Source: Ranitomeya imitator (Eukaryota). From it: DNA of 64,000 bases. This document shows, piece by piece, positions 1 to 12,200 of the stretch. The stretch covers positions 42,470,001-42,534,000 of the forward strand of contig NC_091287.1 in assembly GCF_032444005.1 (NCBI RefSeq), in the 5' to 3' direction. Numbering within the stretch: position 1 is the stretch's first letter; every line of letters starts with the position of its first letter. The notes beneath the pieces are model-generated. The model was not told the origin of the DNA and ran no database searches. It was given only the letters and a program-made list of their open reading frames with translations. The translations under genes were made by a program, and so were the position numbers.

Positions 1-1516
1 CGCATTGCGGCGTGCTCAGGCACAGATAAATTAAACAGTCGACCTTTTGGGAATTTACTACCAGGAATCAAATCGATAGCACAATCACAATCCCTATACG
101 GAGGTAGGGTATCGGACTTGGGCTCATCAAATAAATCCCGGTAATCAGACAAGAACTCAGGAACCTCAGAAGGGGTGGATGACGAAATAGTCAGAAATGG
201 GACATCACCATGTACCCCCTGACAACCCCAGCTGGACACAGACATGGATTTCCAATCTAATACTGGATTATGGACTTGAAGCCATGGCAACCCCCAACAC
301 GACCACATCATGCAGATTATGCAACACCAGAAAGCGAATAACCTCCTGATGTGCAGGAGCCATGCACATGGTCAGCTGGGTCCAGTACTGAGGCTTATTC
401 TTGGCCAAAGGCGTAGCATCAATTCCTCTCAATGGAATAGGACATTGCAAGGGCTCCAAGAAAAACCCACAACGCCTAGCATACTCCAAGTCCATCAAAT
501 TCAGAGCAGCGCCTGAGTCCACAAATGCCATGACAGAATACGATGACAAAGAGCAGATCAAGGTAACAGACAGAAGAAATTTTGACTGTACCGTACCAAT
601 GGTGGCAGACCTAGCAAACCGCTTAGTGCGCTTAGGACAATCAGAGATAGCATGAGTGGAATCACCACAGTAGAAACACAGCCCATTCAGACGTCTGTTG
701 TTCTTGCCGTTCAACTCTGGTCAAAGTCCTATCGCACTGCATAGGCTCAGATTTAAGCTCAGGTAATACCGCCAAATGGTGCACAGATTTACGCTCACGC
801 AAGCGTCGACCGATCTGAATGGCCAAAGACATAGACTCATTCAGACCAGCAGGCATAGGAAATCCCACCATGACATCCTTAAGGGTTTCAGAGAGACCTT
901 TTCTGAAAATAGCTGCGAGCACACCTTCATTCCACTGAGTGAGTATGGACCACTTTCTAAATTTCTGACAATATACCTCCATTTCATCCTGACCCTGACA
1001 CAGAGCCAGCAAATTCTTCTCTGCCTGATCCACAGAATTAGGCTCATCGTACAGCAATCCGAGCGCCAGGAAAAATGCATCGATATTACTTAATGCAGGA
1101 TCTCCTGACGCAAGAGAAAATGCCCAGTCCTGAGGGTCGCCACGCAAAAAAGAAATAACGATCCTAACTTGTTGAACTGGGTCACCAGAGGAGCGAGGTT
1201 TCAAAGCCAGAAATAGTTTACAATTATTTTGAAACTCAGAAATTTAGTTCTATCTCCAAAAAACAAATCAGGAATAGGAATTCTCGGTTCTAACATAGAA
1301 TTCTGAACCACAAAGTCTTGAATAGTTTGTACTCTTGCCGTGAGCTGATCCACACATGAAGACAGACCTTTAATGTCCATTGCTACACCTGTGTCCTGAA
1401 CCACCCAAATGTCTAGGGGAAAAAAAAGGCAAAACACAGTGCAAAGAAAAAAAAATGGTCTCAGAACTTCTTTTTTCCCTCTATTGGGAATCATTAGTAC
1501 TTTTGGCCTCCAGTAC
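1..1516 (-). mobile_element. Ty3/Gypsy LTR retrotransposon copy 1, internal region (gag from ATG at ~1380, CCHC knuckle, aspartic protease, start of RT linker); continues off the window; frameshifted
   Basis: Minus ORFs 1201..1494, 662..1204 and 268..714 encode a retrotransposon gag (FLRGDPQDWA, WNEGVLAAIFRKGL), a zinc knuckle (CFYCGDSTHAISDC) and the protease motif AFVDSGAA. They are collinear with the copy at 9253-13310. Confidence 0.93.
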
Positions 1517-2327
1517 TGTTATGAAAGGTAATTCAGTACCACAATGGACATAGAGGTCAGCGCACATACAGTGACCTGGCAATAACCCAAAAAACAAGAA
1601 CGAGCTCTGAGACGTGGGAACTCTGTTGACCGCAATCCCTAATCCTCTCCAACCACACTAAAGGCAGCCGTGGATTGCGCCTAACGCTCCCTATGCAACT
1701 CAGCACGGCCTGAGAAACTAGCTAGCCTGAAGATAGAAAATAAGCCTACCTTGCCTCAGAGAAATACCCCAAAGGAAAAGGCAGCCCCCACATATAATGA
1801 CTGTGAGTTAAGATGAAAAGACAAACGTAGAGATGAAATAGATTTAGCAAAGTGAGGCCCAACTTTCTGAACAGAGCAAGGATAGGAAAGGTAACTTTGC
1901 GGTCAACACAAAACCCTACAAATACCACGCAAAGGGGGCAAAAAGACCTTCCGTACCGAACTAACGGCACGGAGGTACACCCTCTGCGTCCCAGAGCTTC
2001 CAGGAAGCAGAAAAAAACAAATTGACAAGCTGGACAGAAAAAAACAGCAAACAAATAGCAAAGAGGAACTTAGCTATGCAGAGCAGCAGGCCACAGGAAC
2101 GATCCAGGAGGAAACAGGTCCAATACTAGAACATTGACTGGAGGCCAGGATCAAAGCACTAGGTGGAGTTAAATAGAGCAGCACCTAACGACTTCACCAC
2201 ATCACCTGAGGAAGGAAACTCAGAAGCCGCAGTACCACTTTCCTCCACCAACGGAAGCTCACAGAGAGAACCAGCCGAAATACCACTTGTGACCACAGGA
2301 GGGAGCTCTGCCACAGAATTCACAACA
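1517..2327 (-). mobile_element. 5' LTR of Gypsy copy 1 (811 bp)
   Basis: Minus strand starts TGTTGTGAATTCTG and ends TCATAACA, the same termini as the LTRs at 8391 and 13314. It lies directly upstream of gag. Confidence 0.9.
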
Positions 2328-2354
2328 CACACCCTATTTGAATACAAAAATATG

Positions 2355-2690
2355 GTGTTATACATAATAAGTGAGTACACTATATACTAAAGGACTGTGT
2401 TATACATAATAAGTACACTATATACTAAAGGACTGTGTTAGACATAATACGTGAATACACTATATACTAAGGGACTATGCTATACATAAGTGAGTACACT
2501 ATATACTAAAGGACTGTGCTATACTGTATAGTATATACTGAGGGATGGCACTATACATAATAAACAAGTACACTATATACTAAGGGACTGTGCTATACAT
2601 AATAAGTGAGTGCACTACATACTAAGAGGCTGTGCTATGTATAAGTGAGTACACTTTATACTAAGAGACTGTGTTAGACATAATAAGCGA
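2355..2690. repeat. Minisatellite, ~40-45 bp unit (ATACATAATAAGTGAGTACACTATATACTAAAGGACTGTG-like), ~7-8 degenerate copies
   Basis: Repeated motif visible directly in the sequence. Confidence 0.85.
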
Positions 2691-2719
2691 TAATAACGTC
2701 TTCCTCCACCTACCCCTGT

Positions 2720-3400
2720 TCCTAAATCCATTATAAATCCCCCTTCCTCCCATCCCAATACCCCACACCCCTCATTGTCCTCCTCCCTAAGCATCCCATT
2801 ATTGTCCTTTCCCCATCCTCATCATTGCCCCCTTCACCACCCATCATTGCTTTCTCCCTCACTACCCCATCAATGCCCATTACACCACCTCCATCATTGC
2901 CTTCTCCCCCACCACCCCCATCATTGCCCATTCCACCACCTCCATCATTTCCTCCTGCCCCAACATTCCCATCATTGCCCTTTCCACCATCATTGTCCTC
3001 TCCCCCACCTCCATCATTGCTTTTACCCCCACCACCTCCATCATTGCCCTTTCCACCACCTCCATCATTGCTTTCTCCCCCACAATCTCCATCATTGCCT
3101 CCTTCCCCATCACCCCCATCATTGTCCTTTCCACTGCCACCATCATTGACTTCTCATCCACCATTACACATTCCACCACCTCTAGAATTTCCTCCTCCCC
3201 ACCATGCCCATCATTGCTCTTTCCACCACCATCACTGTCCTTCCCACCACCATCATCATTGCCTTTTCCCCCACCGCCCCATCATTGCCCATTCCACCAC
3301 CTCCATCATTTCCTCCTCCCCACCACCCCCATTACTGCCCTTTTCACCACTCCCATCATTGCCTTCTCCCTCGCTACCCCATCATTGCCCTCTCCTCCAC
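2720..3400. repeat. C/A/T-rich minisatellite (~24-27 bp CCACCACCTCCATCATTGCCTT-like units)
   Basis: Many tandem CATCATTG / CCACCACC units; these explain the spurious Pro/His-rich ORFs. Confidence 0.9.
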
Positions 3401-4423
3401 TTACACACACAGACACACACAGCACCATTCACCTCCGCACATTCCCCTGCAGCGCTACACACGCACACACACCACCACTCATCTACACACAGCACCTCTG
3501 ACCTCTCCGCATGCTCTCCCGCAGCCGCAGCATCACCATCATCAGCAGCTTCTTCTCTCTGGCACAGCCGCGGTGCTAAATTATGTCATCCAGCCACGCT
3601 GCTGACTGCTGTGTGAGAGACAGGAAGCACAGGCAGGAAACAGGACGGATCACTGCAGCTCCGCTGCCATTTTCTCTTGCAGGCAGTGGAGCTGCAGAGA
3701 TCTCTCCCTGCCCACAACACATGAGGGCAATCTGGTCAGGGGCCCTCCGACGCCTCGGGACCTTATAAACAAGCCAGATTGCCCTCATTATTAGCTGCCT
3801 TGCAGGCGCCCCCCTCTACCTCTGGGCCCCGGTGTAGCTGCATCGGCTGCACATGCGGTATGTCCGACCCTGGCCTTACTATTATTCCCTGGGTGAATAT
3901 ATTCCTATAACATCTAGAGCTCAAGGCTCGATTATAGTGTTATGACAAGCACTTTAACCACTTCCGTACAGAGGAAGATTAAGATGGACACGTGTGGGAG
4001 AAGTAAAGGACCGTGGACGCTCTGCGGGTCTGGGCTGGGAATCCCTGGGACTGACAGAAGCAGGGCCGGCAGGGATATAACAGGTAGAACAAAAGGAAAA
4101 TCTGGAGGTGTATTATGCTATGGCTGGTATGGAGGCTATGGATGGTGCCCGATACTACAACTTACAATATGTTGTAAACATACTGTTGAGTAAAGTTCTT
4201 TGTGATTAAACAAATGGGGTGTCCCCTGATCCATGTGCTGCGGCTCCTGAAACTGAAGACCGAAGTCAGCGGAGGCCTGTGGCGTCCAAGGGAGTGCAAC
4301 GCACCGCTCACATCACAGCATATTTAATCGGGAGCACAAATTTTCTGTAACGTTCAAGGGTGACAAAGAGCAGCAACTCAACTGCCCTTAGTGTCTCGTC
4401 CGATTTGCGAAGAAACTAGTGTA

Positions 4424-5042
4424 TGCAGTGATTTTTGGATGGATGGAGCTAAATACAGGGCAATCCTGGACTAAAAAAACTGTTTGACGCTGCAAGACTT
4501 GAGACTGGAGAGTAGTTTTACCTTCCAGCAATACAACAACCCTTAGCATACTGTCAAAGCTAAAATGAAATGGTTGAGATCTAAGCATATTCATGTGTTT
4601 GAATGGCCCAGTCACAGTCCAGACCTAAATCCCATTGAGAATCTATGGCAAGACTTAAAAATTTCTGTTCACAGACGCCTCCATCCAATCTTATTAAGCG
4701 AGAGCGAGTGTACAAAGAAGAATGGGGAAAAAATTCAGTCTCATGATGTGCAAAGCTGGCACAGACATGTCCCTAAAGATCTGCAGCACTAATTCCAACA
4801 AAAGGTGGTCCTACAAAGTTTTGAATCAGGAGGGCTGAATACAAATGCATGTCACAATTTTCAGATTTATATTATTAAAATATTTAGAAAACCGTGTATC
4901 ATTTCCTTTACACTTCAAAAATACTGCTAATTTGTGTTGCTATATCACATAAAATCGTCCCAAAAAAACATTTAAGGTTGTGCGTGTAACATGAAAACAT
5001 GGAAAAAAGTTAATGGGGTATGAATACATTTTCAAAGAACTG
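4424..5042 (+). mobile_element. Tc1/mariner (IR/DR type) 3' fragment, degenerate transposase C-terminus plus right inverted repeat
   Basis: ORF 4565..4792 encodes EWPSHSPDLNPIENLW. The fragment ends GGGTATGAATACATTTTCAAAGAACTG followed by TA. Confidence 0.85.
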
Positions 5043-6008
5043 TACATGCAAATTTTACTGTGTGAAAGCTGGGGATATGCTACAGAAATGTCAGAATCAT
5101 ATCTGCTAAATGAGCAGGCAGCCTAAGGTTGGTTAGATCTAAACACAGGAAAAAGCCAGTGGAAATATTTCTCTTATTTGTTTTGGCTTGAAGATTCTGA
5201 TGCAAAATATTGCCCCAAATCTGGAAAGTGAAAATGGCCTAAAACTTATGTGTCATAGCTGTACAGCAAGCAAACTAGTTCATCCTTAACACTGGAGCAC
5301 ACACAATTGCCAGATTTCAAGTAGGCCACTTGTCAGCTTTGCAATATAGACTGGGACATCATCAGCAGAGGACACAAGTTTTGATCTTAGTTTTGATAAG
5401 CCGAAGTCACACATTCATTTTGAAATAAGCATGATGTCTTTGTTTTTTCACACTTAGACATTATACTCTTTGGGGCTATTCATATGTAAACTCTATTTTT
5501 TTGTTGTTGAATAATGGTTCACATTAAAACATTAGAGACATGACCTACTTTGGTCCAAACTCAAGTGAATTGGTGTTCACGCGGATGCCATAGGAGTTGC
5601 ATTTGTGTGATGTCTTCCACTGACTGGTTGCTAGGAAAAGCTTGGGAAATCTCTATCAAACCTCTTCCAGAAAAACGGCTGACATACAGATGGGAAACAT
5701 CAACACAATGACCAAAGGCCAAAGAAAAATAAGCCCATTTTTTGCATTTCAGAATAAAAAAACTGACATGAATTTTGTCATACTGCTGAAGCTAGGATAG
5801 TAACCTAATACAAACAGATCTTTATGCATCTGTCATTACCTGGTCATTGAGGGGTGCTGTATTTTCTAAATTCCTGAAGTCCACTGATATTTCTAACTAG
5901 TTCTATGATCTATGGGGTAATTTTCTCCTTGTGAAGAGTGGCAAGCCAGGCCTTGCATGTCAGAGTGAGGAGACTTATACGCCATGCATGCTCCTCTGGA
6001 AAAATAAA

Positions 6009-6139
6009 GATGCAAATTGCCTTCTTCAGCGAAAAAGAGGACTTGAACTCTAGTGCCACCTATTGGAAGTAGAATACCAATTCCAATAGGTGACACTAGG
6101 GGTCAAGTCGTCTTCCCCTCTGAAGAGGCAATTTGCATC
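6009..6139. repeat. Short palindromic MITE-like element
   Basis: GATGCAAATTGCC...CTAGTGCCACCTATTGGAA / TTCCAATAGGTGACACTAG...GGCAATTTGCATC inverted arms. Confidence 0.6.
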
Positions 6140-6449
6140 ATTATTTCTACACACATTTTGCTTCACTGACTATACAGACAAAACAAGAAGGGAGTGTGTG
6201 CCACTTATAAGGCTGGCTGCAGGAAAGCTTTTAAAAATAAAAAATGCACATCTACAGTAGTAGAAAAATAATGCATGTTATATTTCTCTTTAATTGATTT
6301 AAGCCTAACTAATTACAATGGAGGCAGTTTTACTAGAACACTCAGCACCCCCGTCGATCAGCTGTTCCTAGTGTAACAAAAGACTGTCACTTCCAAATAG
6401 AAAACTGGTGTGTACAGGTGCAAACTAAGAGTAGACATCTCCATATATA

Positions 6450-7771
6450 CAGTGGGTACAGAAAGTATTCAGACCCTTTAAATTTTCACTCTTGGTTTCA
6501 TTACAGCCATTTGGTAAATTAAAAAGAGTTATTTTTTTCTCATTAATGTACACTCTGCACCTCATCTTGACTGAAAAAAAACAGAAATGTAGTCATTTTT
6601 GCAAATTTATTAAAAAAAGAAAAAAATCACATGGACATAAGTATTCAGACCCTCTGGTCAGTATTCAGTAGAAGCACCTTTTGAGCTAGTACAGCCATGA
6701 GTCTTCTTGGGAATGATGCAACAAGTTTTTCACACCTGGATTTGGGGATCCTCTGCCATTCTTCCTTGCAGATCCTCTCCAGTTCAGGTTGGATGGTGAA
6801 TGTTGGGGGACAGCCATTTTCAGGTCTCTCCAGAGATACTCAATTGAGTTTAGGTCAGGCCTCTGGCTGGGCCAGTCAAGAATGGTCACAGAGTTCTTCT
6901 GAAGCAACTCCTTTGTTATTTTAGCTGTGTGCTTAGGGTCACTGTCTTGGAAGGTGAACCTTCTGCCAAGTCTGATGTCCAGAGCATTCTGGAAGAGGTT
7001 TTCATCCAGGGTATCTCTGTATTTGGCCGCATTCATGTTTCCTTCAATGACAACCAGTTGTCCTGTCCCTGCAGCTGAAAAAAACCCATAGCATGATGCT
7101 GTCACCACCATGTTTCACTGTTGGGATTGTATTGGGCAGGTGATGAGCAGTGCCTAGTTTTTTCTACACATACTGCTTAGAATTATCACCGAAAAGTTCT
7201 ATCTTCATCTCATCAGACCAGAGAATCTTATTTCTCATAGTCTGGGAGTGCTTCATGTGGGGTTTTTTTTAACAAACTCTATGCGGGCTTTCATATGTCT
7301 TGCAGTAAGGAGAGGCTTCTGTCGGGCCACTCTGCCATCAAGGCCCGACTGGTGGAGGGCTGCAGTGATAGTTGACTTTGTGAAACTTTCTCCCATCTCC
7401 CTACTGCATCTCTAGAGCTCAACCACAGTGATCACCAAGGCTCTTCTCCCACAATTGCTCAGTTTGGCTGGACGGCCAGGTCTAGGAAGACTTCTGGTGG
7501 TCCGAAACGTCTTCCATTTAAGGATTATGAAGGCCACTGTGCTCAAGGAACCTTGAGTACTGTAGAAATTCTGTTGTAACATTGGCCAGATCTGTGCCTT
7601 GCCACAATTCTGTCTCTGAGCTCCTTGTCCAGTTCCTTTGAACTCATGATTCTCATTTGGTCCTACATGCACTGTGAGCTGTGAGGTCTTATATAGACAG
7701 GTGTGCGCCTTTCCAAATCAAGTCCCATCAGTTTAATTAAACACAACTGGACTCCAATGAAGGGGTATAAC
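6450..7771 (-). mobile_element. Tc1-family DD34E DNA transposon (IR/DR type), degenerate; interrupted upstream of its ATG by an LTR insertion; resumes at 14690-14757
   Basis: TA|CAGTGGGTACAGAAAGTATTCAGACCC terminus with an internal direct repeat at ~6640. The transposase starts MSSKELDKELRDRIV at 7647 (-). In ORF 6686..7111, QD...PDLNSIE has 34 residues between D and E. Confidence 0.9.
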
Positions 7772-8390
7772 TGCAGCGCCCCAGAGACCTGGTCGTTGCA
7801 GTAGTATCGCTCTGCCACTAAGGGGAGTGATGGTACGTCTGATGGCACTAAAGGAGTTCATCTGACCAGGTATCACCAGCACACATTACACTTCACACTC
7901 CGGCCACTAGGGGGAGCAAAAGGTTTTATTTATTAGGCCACTCCTCACACTGGTAAAACTAGGGGTTGGATAGGAAGTTAGTAAGAAGCTGACTGGGCTT
8001 TGTTCAGGCAACATCCCGTGGCAGGGGGTGTTGCGGGGGGAAGATTCAGGGGGGTCCCTGTCAGGCGTGGGAACCTGGCAGGCACCTAGTGACAAGGATA
8101 CAACGTTACGGAGCCGCGCCTGCGCTATCTGCAGCGGCATCCAAAGAAAGGACACGAAGCAAAGGATATTGTGGACAGTGAGAAACGAGATCAAGCACAA
8201 AGGAGAGCCAGTAGGAGTCGTGCCCGGAGAATGGCAACATCCTACTGAGGCGCGTAGCCGTTGCCCGGAACACCGAGGAAGTAACTGACTTTATACCTTA
8301 CTTCAAATACCGCAGGACAGTTAATTATAGGTTGGCTGTCTACCTTACATCACCTAAGCAGACATAGTGGGCAACACGTGGAGAGGGGCG

Positions 8391-9117
8391 TGTTGTGAAT
8401 TCTGCTTTTGGGCTCCCTCCGGTGGTTGTAGGTGGTAATGCAGTTGTCCCTGGGCTGCAGTCCTGGACAGGTGTATCTGCTGATTGCAATTCTGACTGGG
8501 GTATTTAGGTTTGCAGGACTCATTAGTCCTTGCCAGTTGTCAATGTTTCTTGGGAAGTGTTGGATCTCTGTCTGGCTTCTCCTGCTTAGCTGCCAATTCA
8601 GCAAAGATAAGTGTCTGTTTCTTTTTCTATGGCACACAAGCTGTGTGCTTGTTTTTTTTATTGTATTCCTGCTCTGAGTGTAGGAGTCTCTGGAGTTGCC
8701 GATATACGTTCCACGTCTTTAGTTAGATGGAGGAATTTTTTGTATAATCTGCTGTGGATATTTTTGGAAGGGTTTTAATACTTACTGCACAGAACTCTGT
8801 CCTATCCTTTCCTATTTTAGCTAGAGAGGCCTCTTGTGCTAAATCCTGTTTTTCTGCCTGTGTGTGTCTTTCCTCTCCTACTCACAGCTGTGGGGGGCTG
8901 CCTATCCTTTGGGGTTCTGCTCTGAGGCAAGGTAGTATTCCTATTTCCATCTATAGGGGTATTTAGTCCTCCGGCTGTGACGAGGTGTCTAGGGTTTGTT
9001 AGGTACACCCCACGGCTACTTCTAGTTGCGGTGTTAGGATCAGGATTTGCAGTCAGTATAGTTACCACCTACTCCAGTGAAGTTGTCATGCTGCTCCAAG
9101 GTCACCGGATCATAACA
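8391..9117 (+). mobile_element. 5' LTR of Gypsy copy 2 (727 bp)
   Basis: TGTTGTGAATTCTG...GGATCATAACA; roughly 97% identical to 13314-14046 by eye. Confidence 0.95.
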
Positions 9118-9252
9118 GTACAACTGGCCAATAATGAGTTAAATGCATCTCAGAAGAAGGGAAGAAAGGTGTTGAGCAATTTTTTTTTCTTCAGTCTGCT
9201 GTATCTTCTCTTCCCTCTTTATCTCTGGGTGACTGAGGAGCCTTGTGCTAGC

Positions 9253-12200
9253 ATGAATGTTCAGGAATTAGCTTCTCGTGTAGACCAGCTTGCTGCTAGG
9301 GTACAGGGTATTTCTGATTATATTGTTCAGACTCCTTGTTTTAGAACCGAAGATTCCTACTCCTGATTTGTTTTTTGGTGACAGGTCCAAATTTTTGAGT
9401 TTTAAAAACAACTGTAAACTTTTTTTGCTTTGAGACCTCGATCCTCTGGTGATTCCATTCAGCGGGTTAAAATCGTCATCTCCCCGCTGTGTGGCGACCC
9501 GCGGTATTGGGCGTTTTCCCTGGAATCTGGGAATCCGGCTTTGCTTAATGTAGACTCCTTTATTCAGGCTTTAGGATTATTATATGATGAACCTAATTCT
9601 GTGGATCAAGCTGAGAAGACCTTGTTGGCCCTGTCTCAGGGTCAAGAGGCGGCAGAATTGTATTGTCAGAAATTCAGAAAATGGTCTGTGTTGACTAAAT
9701 GGAATAATGATGCTTTGGCGGCAATTTTCAGAAAGGGTCTTTCTGAATCCGTTAAAGATGTTATAGTGTTTCCCACGCCTTCCGGTCTGAGTGATTCTAT
9801 GTCTCTGGCCATTCAGATTGACCGGCGCTTGCGGGAGCGCAGAACTGTGCGCGCTGTGGCGTTGTCCTCAGAGCAGATTCCTGAGCCAATGCAGTGTGAT
9901 AGGATTCTGTCTAGAACAGAACGACAAGGATTCAGACGTCAGAATAGGTTGTGTTATTATTGTGGCGCCGCTTCCCATGTCATTTCAGTCTGCCCTAAAC
10001 GGACAAAGAGGATCGCTAGTTCATTTACCATCAGTACTGTACAACCTAAATTTCTGTTATCTGTGTCCTTGATCTGCTCATTGTCATCATTTTCTGTCAT
10101 GGCGTTTGTGGATTCAGGTGCCGCCTTGAACTTAATGGACTTTGAGTTTGCCAGGCGTTGTGGTTTTCCCTTGCAGCCTTTGCAGAACCCTATTCCTTTA
10201 AGGGGCATTGATGCTACACCCTTGGCTAAAAATAAGCCCCAGTTTTGGACACTGGTGACCATGCGCACGGCGCCAGCCCATCAGGAAGATTGTTGATTTC
10301 TGGTGTTGCATAATTTGCATGATGCTATCGTGCTGGGTTTTCCGTGGTTGCAGGTACATAATCCTGTGTTGGATTGGAAGTCCATGTCTGTGACTAGTTG
10401 GGGTTGTCAGGGGGTTCATAATGATGTTCCTTTGATGTCAATCTCCTCTTCTTCCTCTTCTGAAATTCCAGAGTTTTTGTCTGATTTTCAGGATGTATTC
10501 GATGAGCCCAAGTCCAGTTTCCTTCCACCGCACAGGGACTGCGATTGTGCTATTGACTTGATTCCAGGCTGTAAGTTTCCTAAGGGTCGACTTTTCAACC
10601 TGTCTGTGCCTGAACATACCGCCATGCGGAGCTATATTAAGGAGTCTTTGGAGAAAGGGCATATTCGGCCATGTTCTTCACCGTTAGGCGCGGGGTTCTT
10701 TTTTGTTGCTAAAAAAGATGGTTCCTTGAGACCCTGTATTGATTATCGCCTCTTGAATAAAATCACGGTCAAGTTTCAATACCCTTTACCTTTGCTTACC
10801 GATTTGTTTGCTAGGATTAAGGAAGCTAGTTGGTTTACGAAGATTGACCTTCGGGGGGCATATAATCTTGTTCGTATTAAGCAGGGTGATGAATGGAAAA
10901 CTGCGTTTAACACGCCCGAAGGCCATTTTGAATACCTTGTGATGCCATTCGGGCTCACTAATGCTCCATCTGTTTTTCAGTCCTTCATGCATGATATTTT
11001 CCGGACTTATATTGATAAGTTCTTGATTGTATATTTGGACGATATTGTGATTTTTTCCGATGATTGGGAGTCTCATGTGGAACAGGTCAGGATGGTATTT
11101 CAGATCCTTCTTGACAATGCCCTGTTTGTGAAAGGGTCTAAGTGTCTCTTTGGAGTGCAGAAGGTTTCTTTTTTGGGCTTTATTTTTTCTCCCTCGTCTA
11201 TAGAGATGGATCCGGTTAAGGTTCAGGCCATTCATGATTGGATTCAGCCCACATCCGTGAAGAGCCTTCAGAAATTTTTGGGTTTTGCAAATTTTTATCG
11301 CCGTTTCATTGCTAATGTTTCCAGCGTGGTTAAACCCTTGACTGATTTGACGAAGAAAGGCGCTGATGTGGCAAATTGGTCCTCTGCGGCTGTCTCTGCC
11401 TTTCAGGAGCTTAAACGTCGATTTACTTCTGCTCCGGTGTTGCGCCAACCGGATGTTTCTCTTCTGTTTCAGGTTGAGGTTGACGCTTCTGAGATTGGGG
11501 CAGGGGCCGTTTTGTCTCAGAGGGATCCTGTTGGTTCCTTAATGAAACCGTGTGCCTTCTTTTCCCGTAAGTTTTCGCCTGCTGAACGCAATTATGATGT
11601 CGGCAATCGGGAGTTGTTGGCTATGAAGTGGGCGTTTGAGGAGTGGCGACATTGGCTTGAGGGAGCTAAGCACCTTATTGTGGTCTTGACCGATCATAAG
11701 AATTTGATTTACCTTGAGTCTGCCAAATGGCTGAATCCTAGACAGGCTCGATGGTCCTTGTTTTTTTCCCGTTTTGATTTTGTGGTCTCGTACCTTCCGG
11801 GTTCTAAGAATATTAAGGCTGATACCCTCTCTAGGAGTTTTTCGCCTGATTCTCCTGAGGTCTTAGAACCGGTCGGTATTCTGAAAGAAGGGGTGGTCCT
11901 TTCTGCCATTTCCCCTGATTTACGACGGGTTCTTCAGAAATTTCAGGCTGACAAACCTGACCGCTGTCCTGTGGGGAAACTGTTTGTTCCTGACAGTTGG
12001 ACTAGTAGAGTGATTTCTGAGGTTCACTGTTCCGTGTTGGCTGGTCATCCTGGCATTTTTGGTACCAGAGACTTGGTTGGTAGGTCCTTTTGGTGGCCTT
12101 CTTTGTCGCGTGATGTGCGTTCTTTTGTGCAGTCCTGTGGGACTTGTGCGCGGGCCAAGCCTTGTTGTTCCCATGCTAGTGGGTTGCTTTTGCCATTGCC

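Noticed and set aside
2731-3616. Long Pro/His/Met-rich ORFs (e.g. 2825..3616, 263 aa)
   Set aside because: They are translations of a C-rich minisatellite that is open in several frames, with no domain or splice support.
8350-8966. ORFs repeated at 13156-13864
   Set aside because: Incidental frames in the two LTR copies.
10294-10296. TGA between protease and RT as programmed stop-codon read-through
   Set aside because: Copy 1 has an Arg codon at the same position, so a CpG-type CGA>TGA mutation is the simpler explanation.
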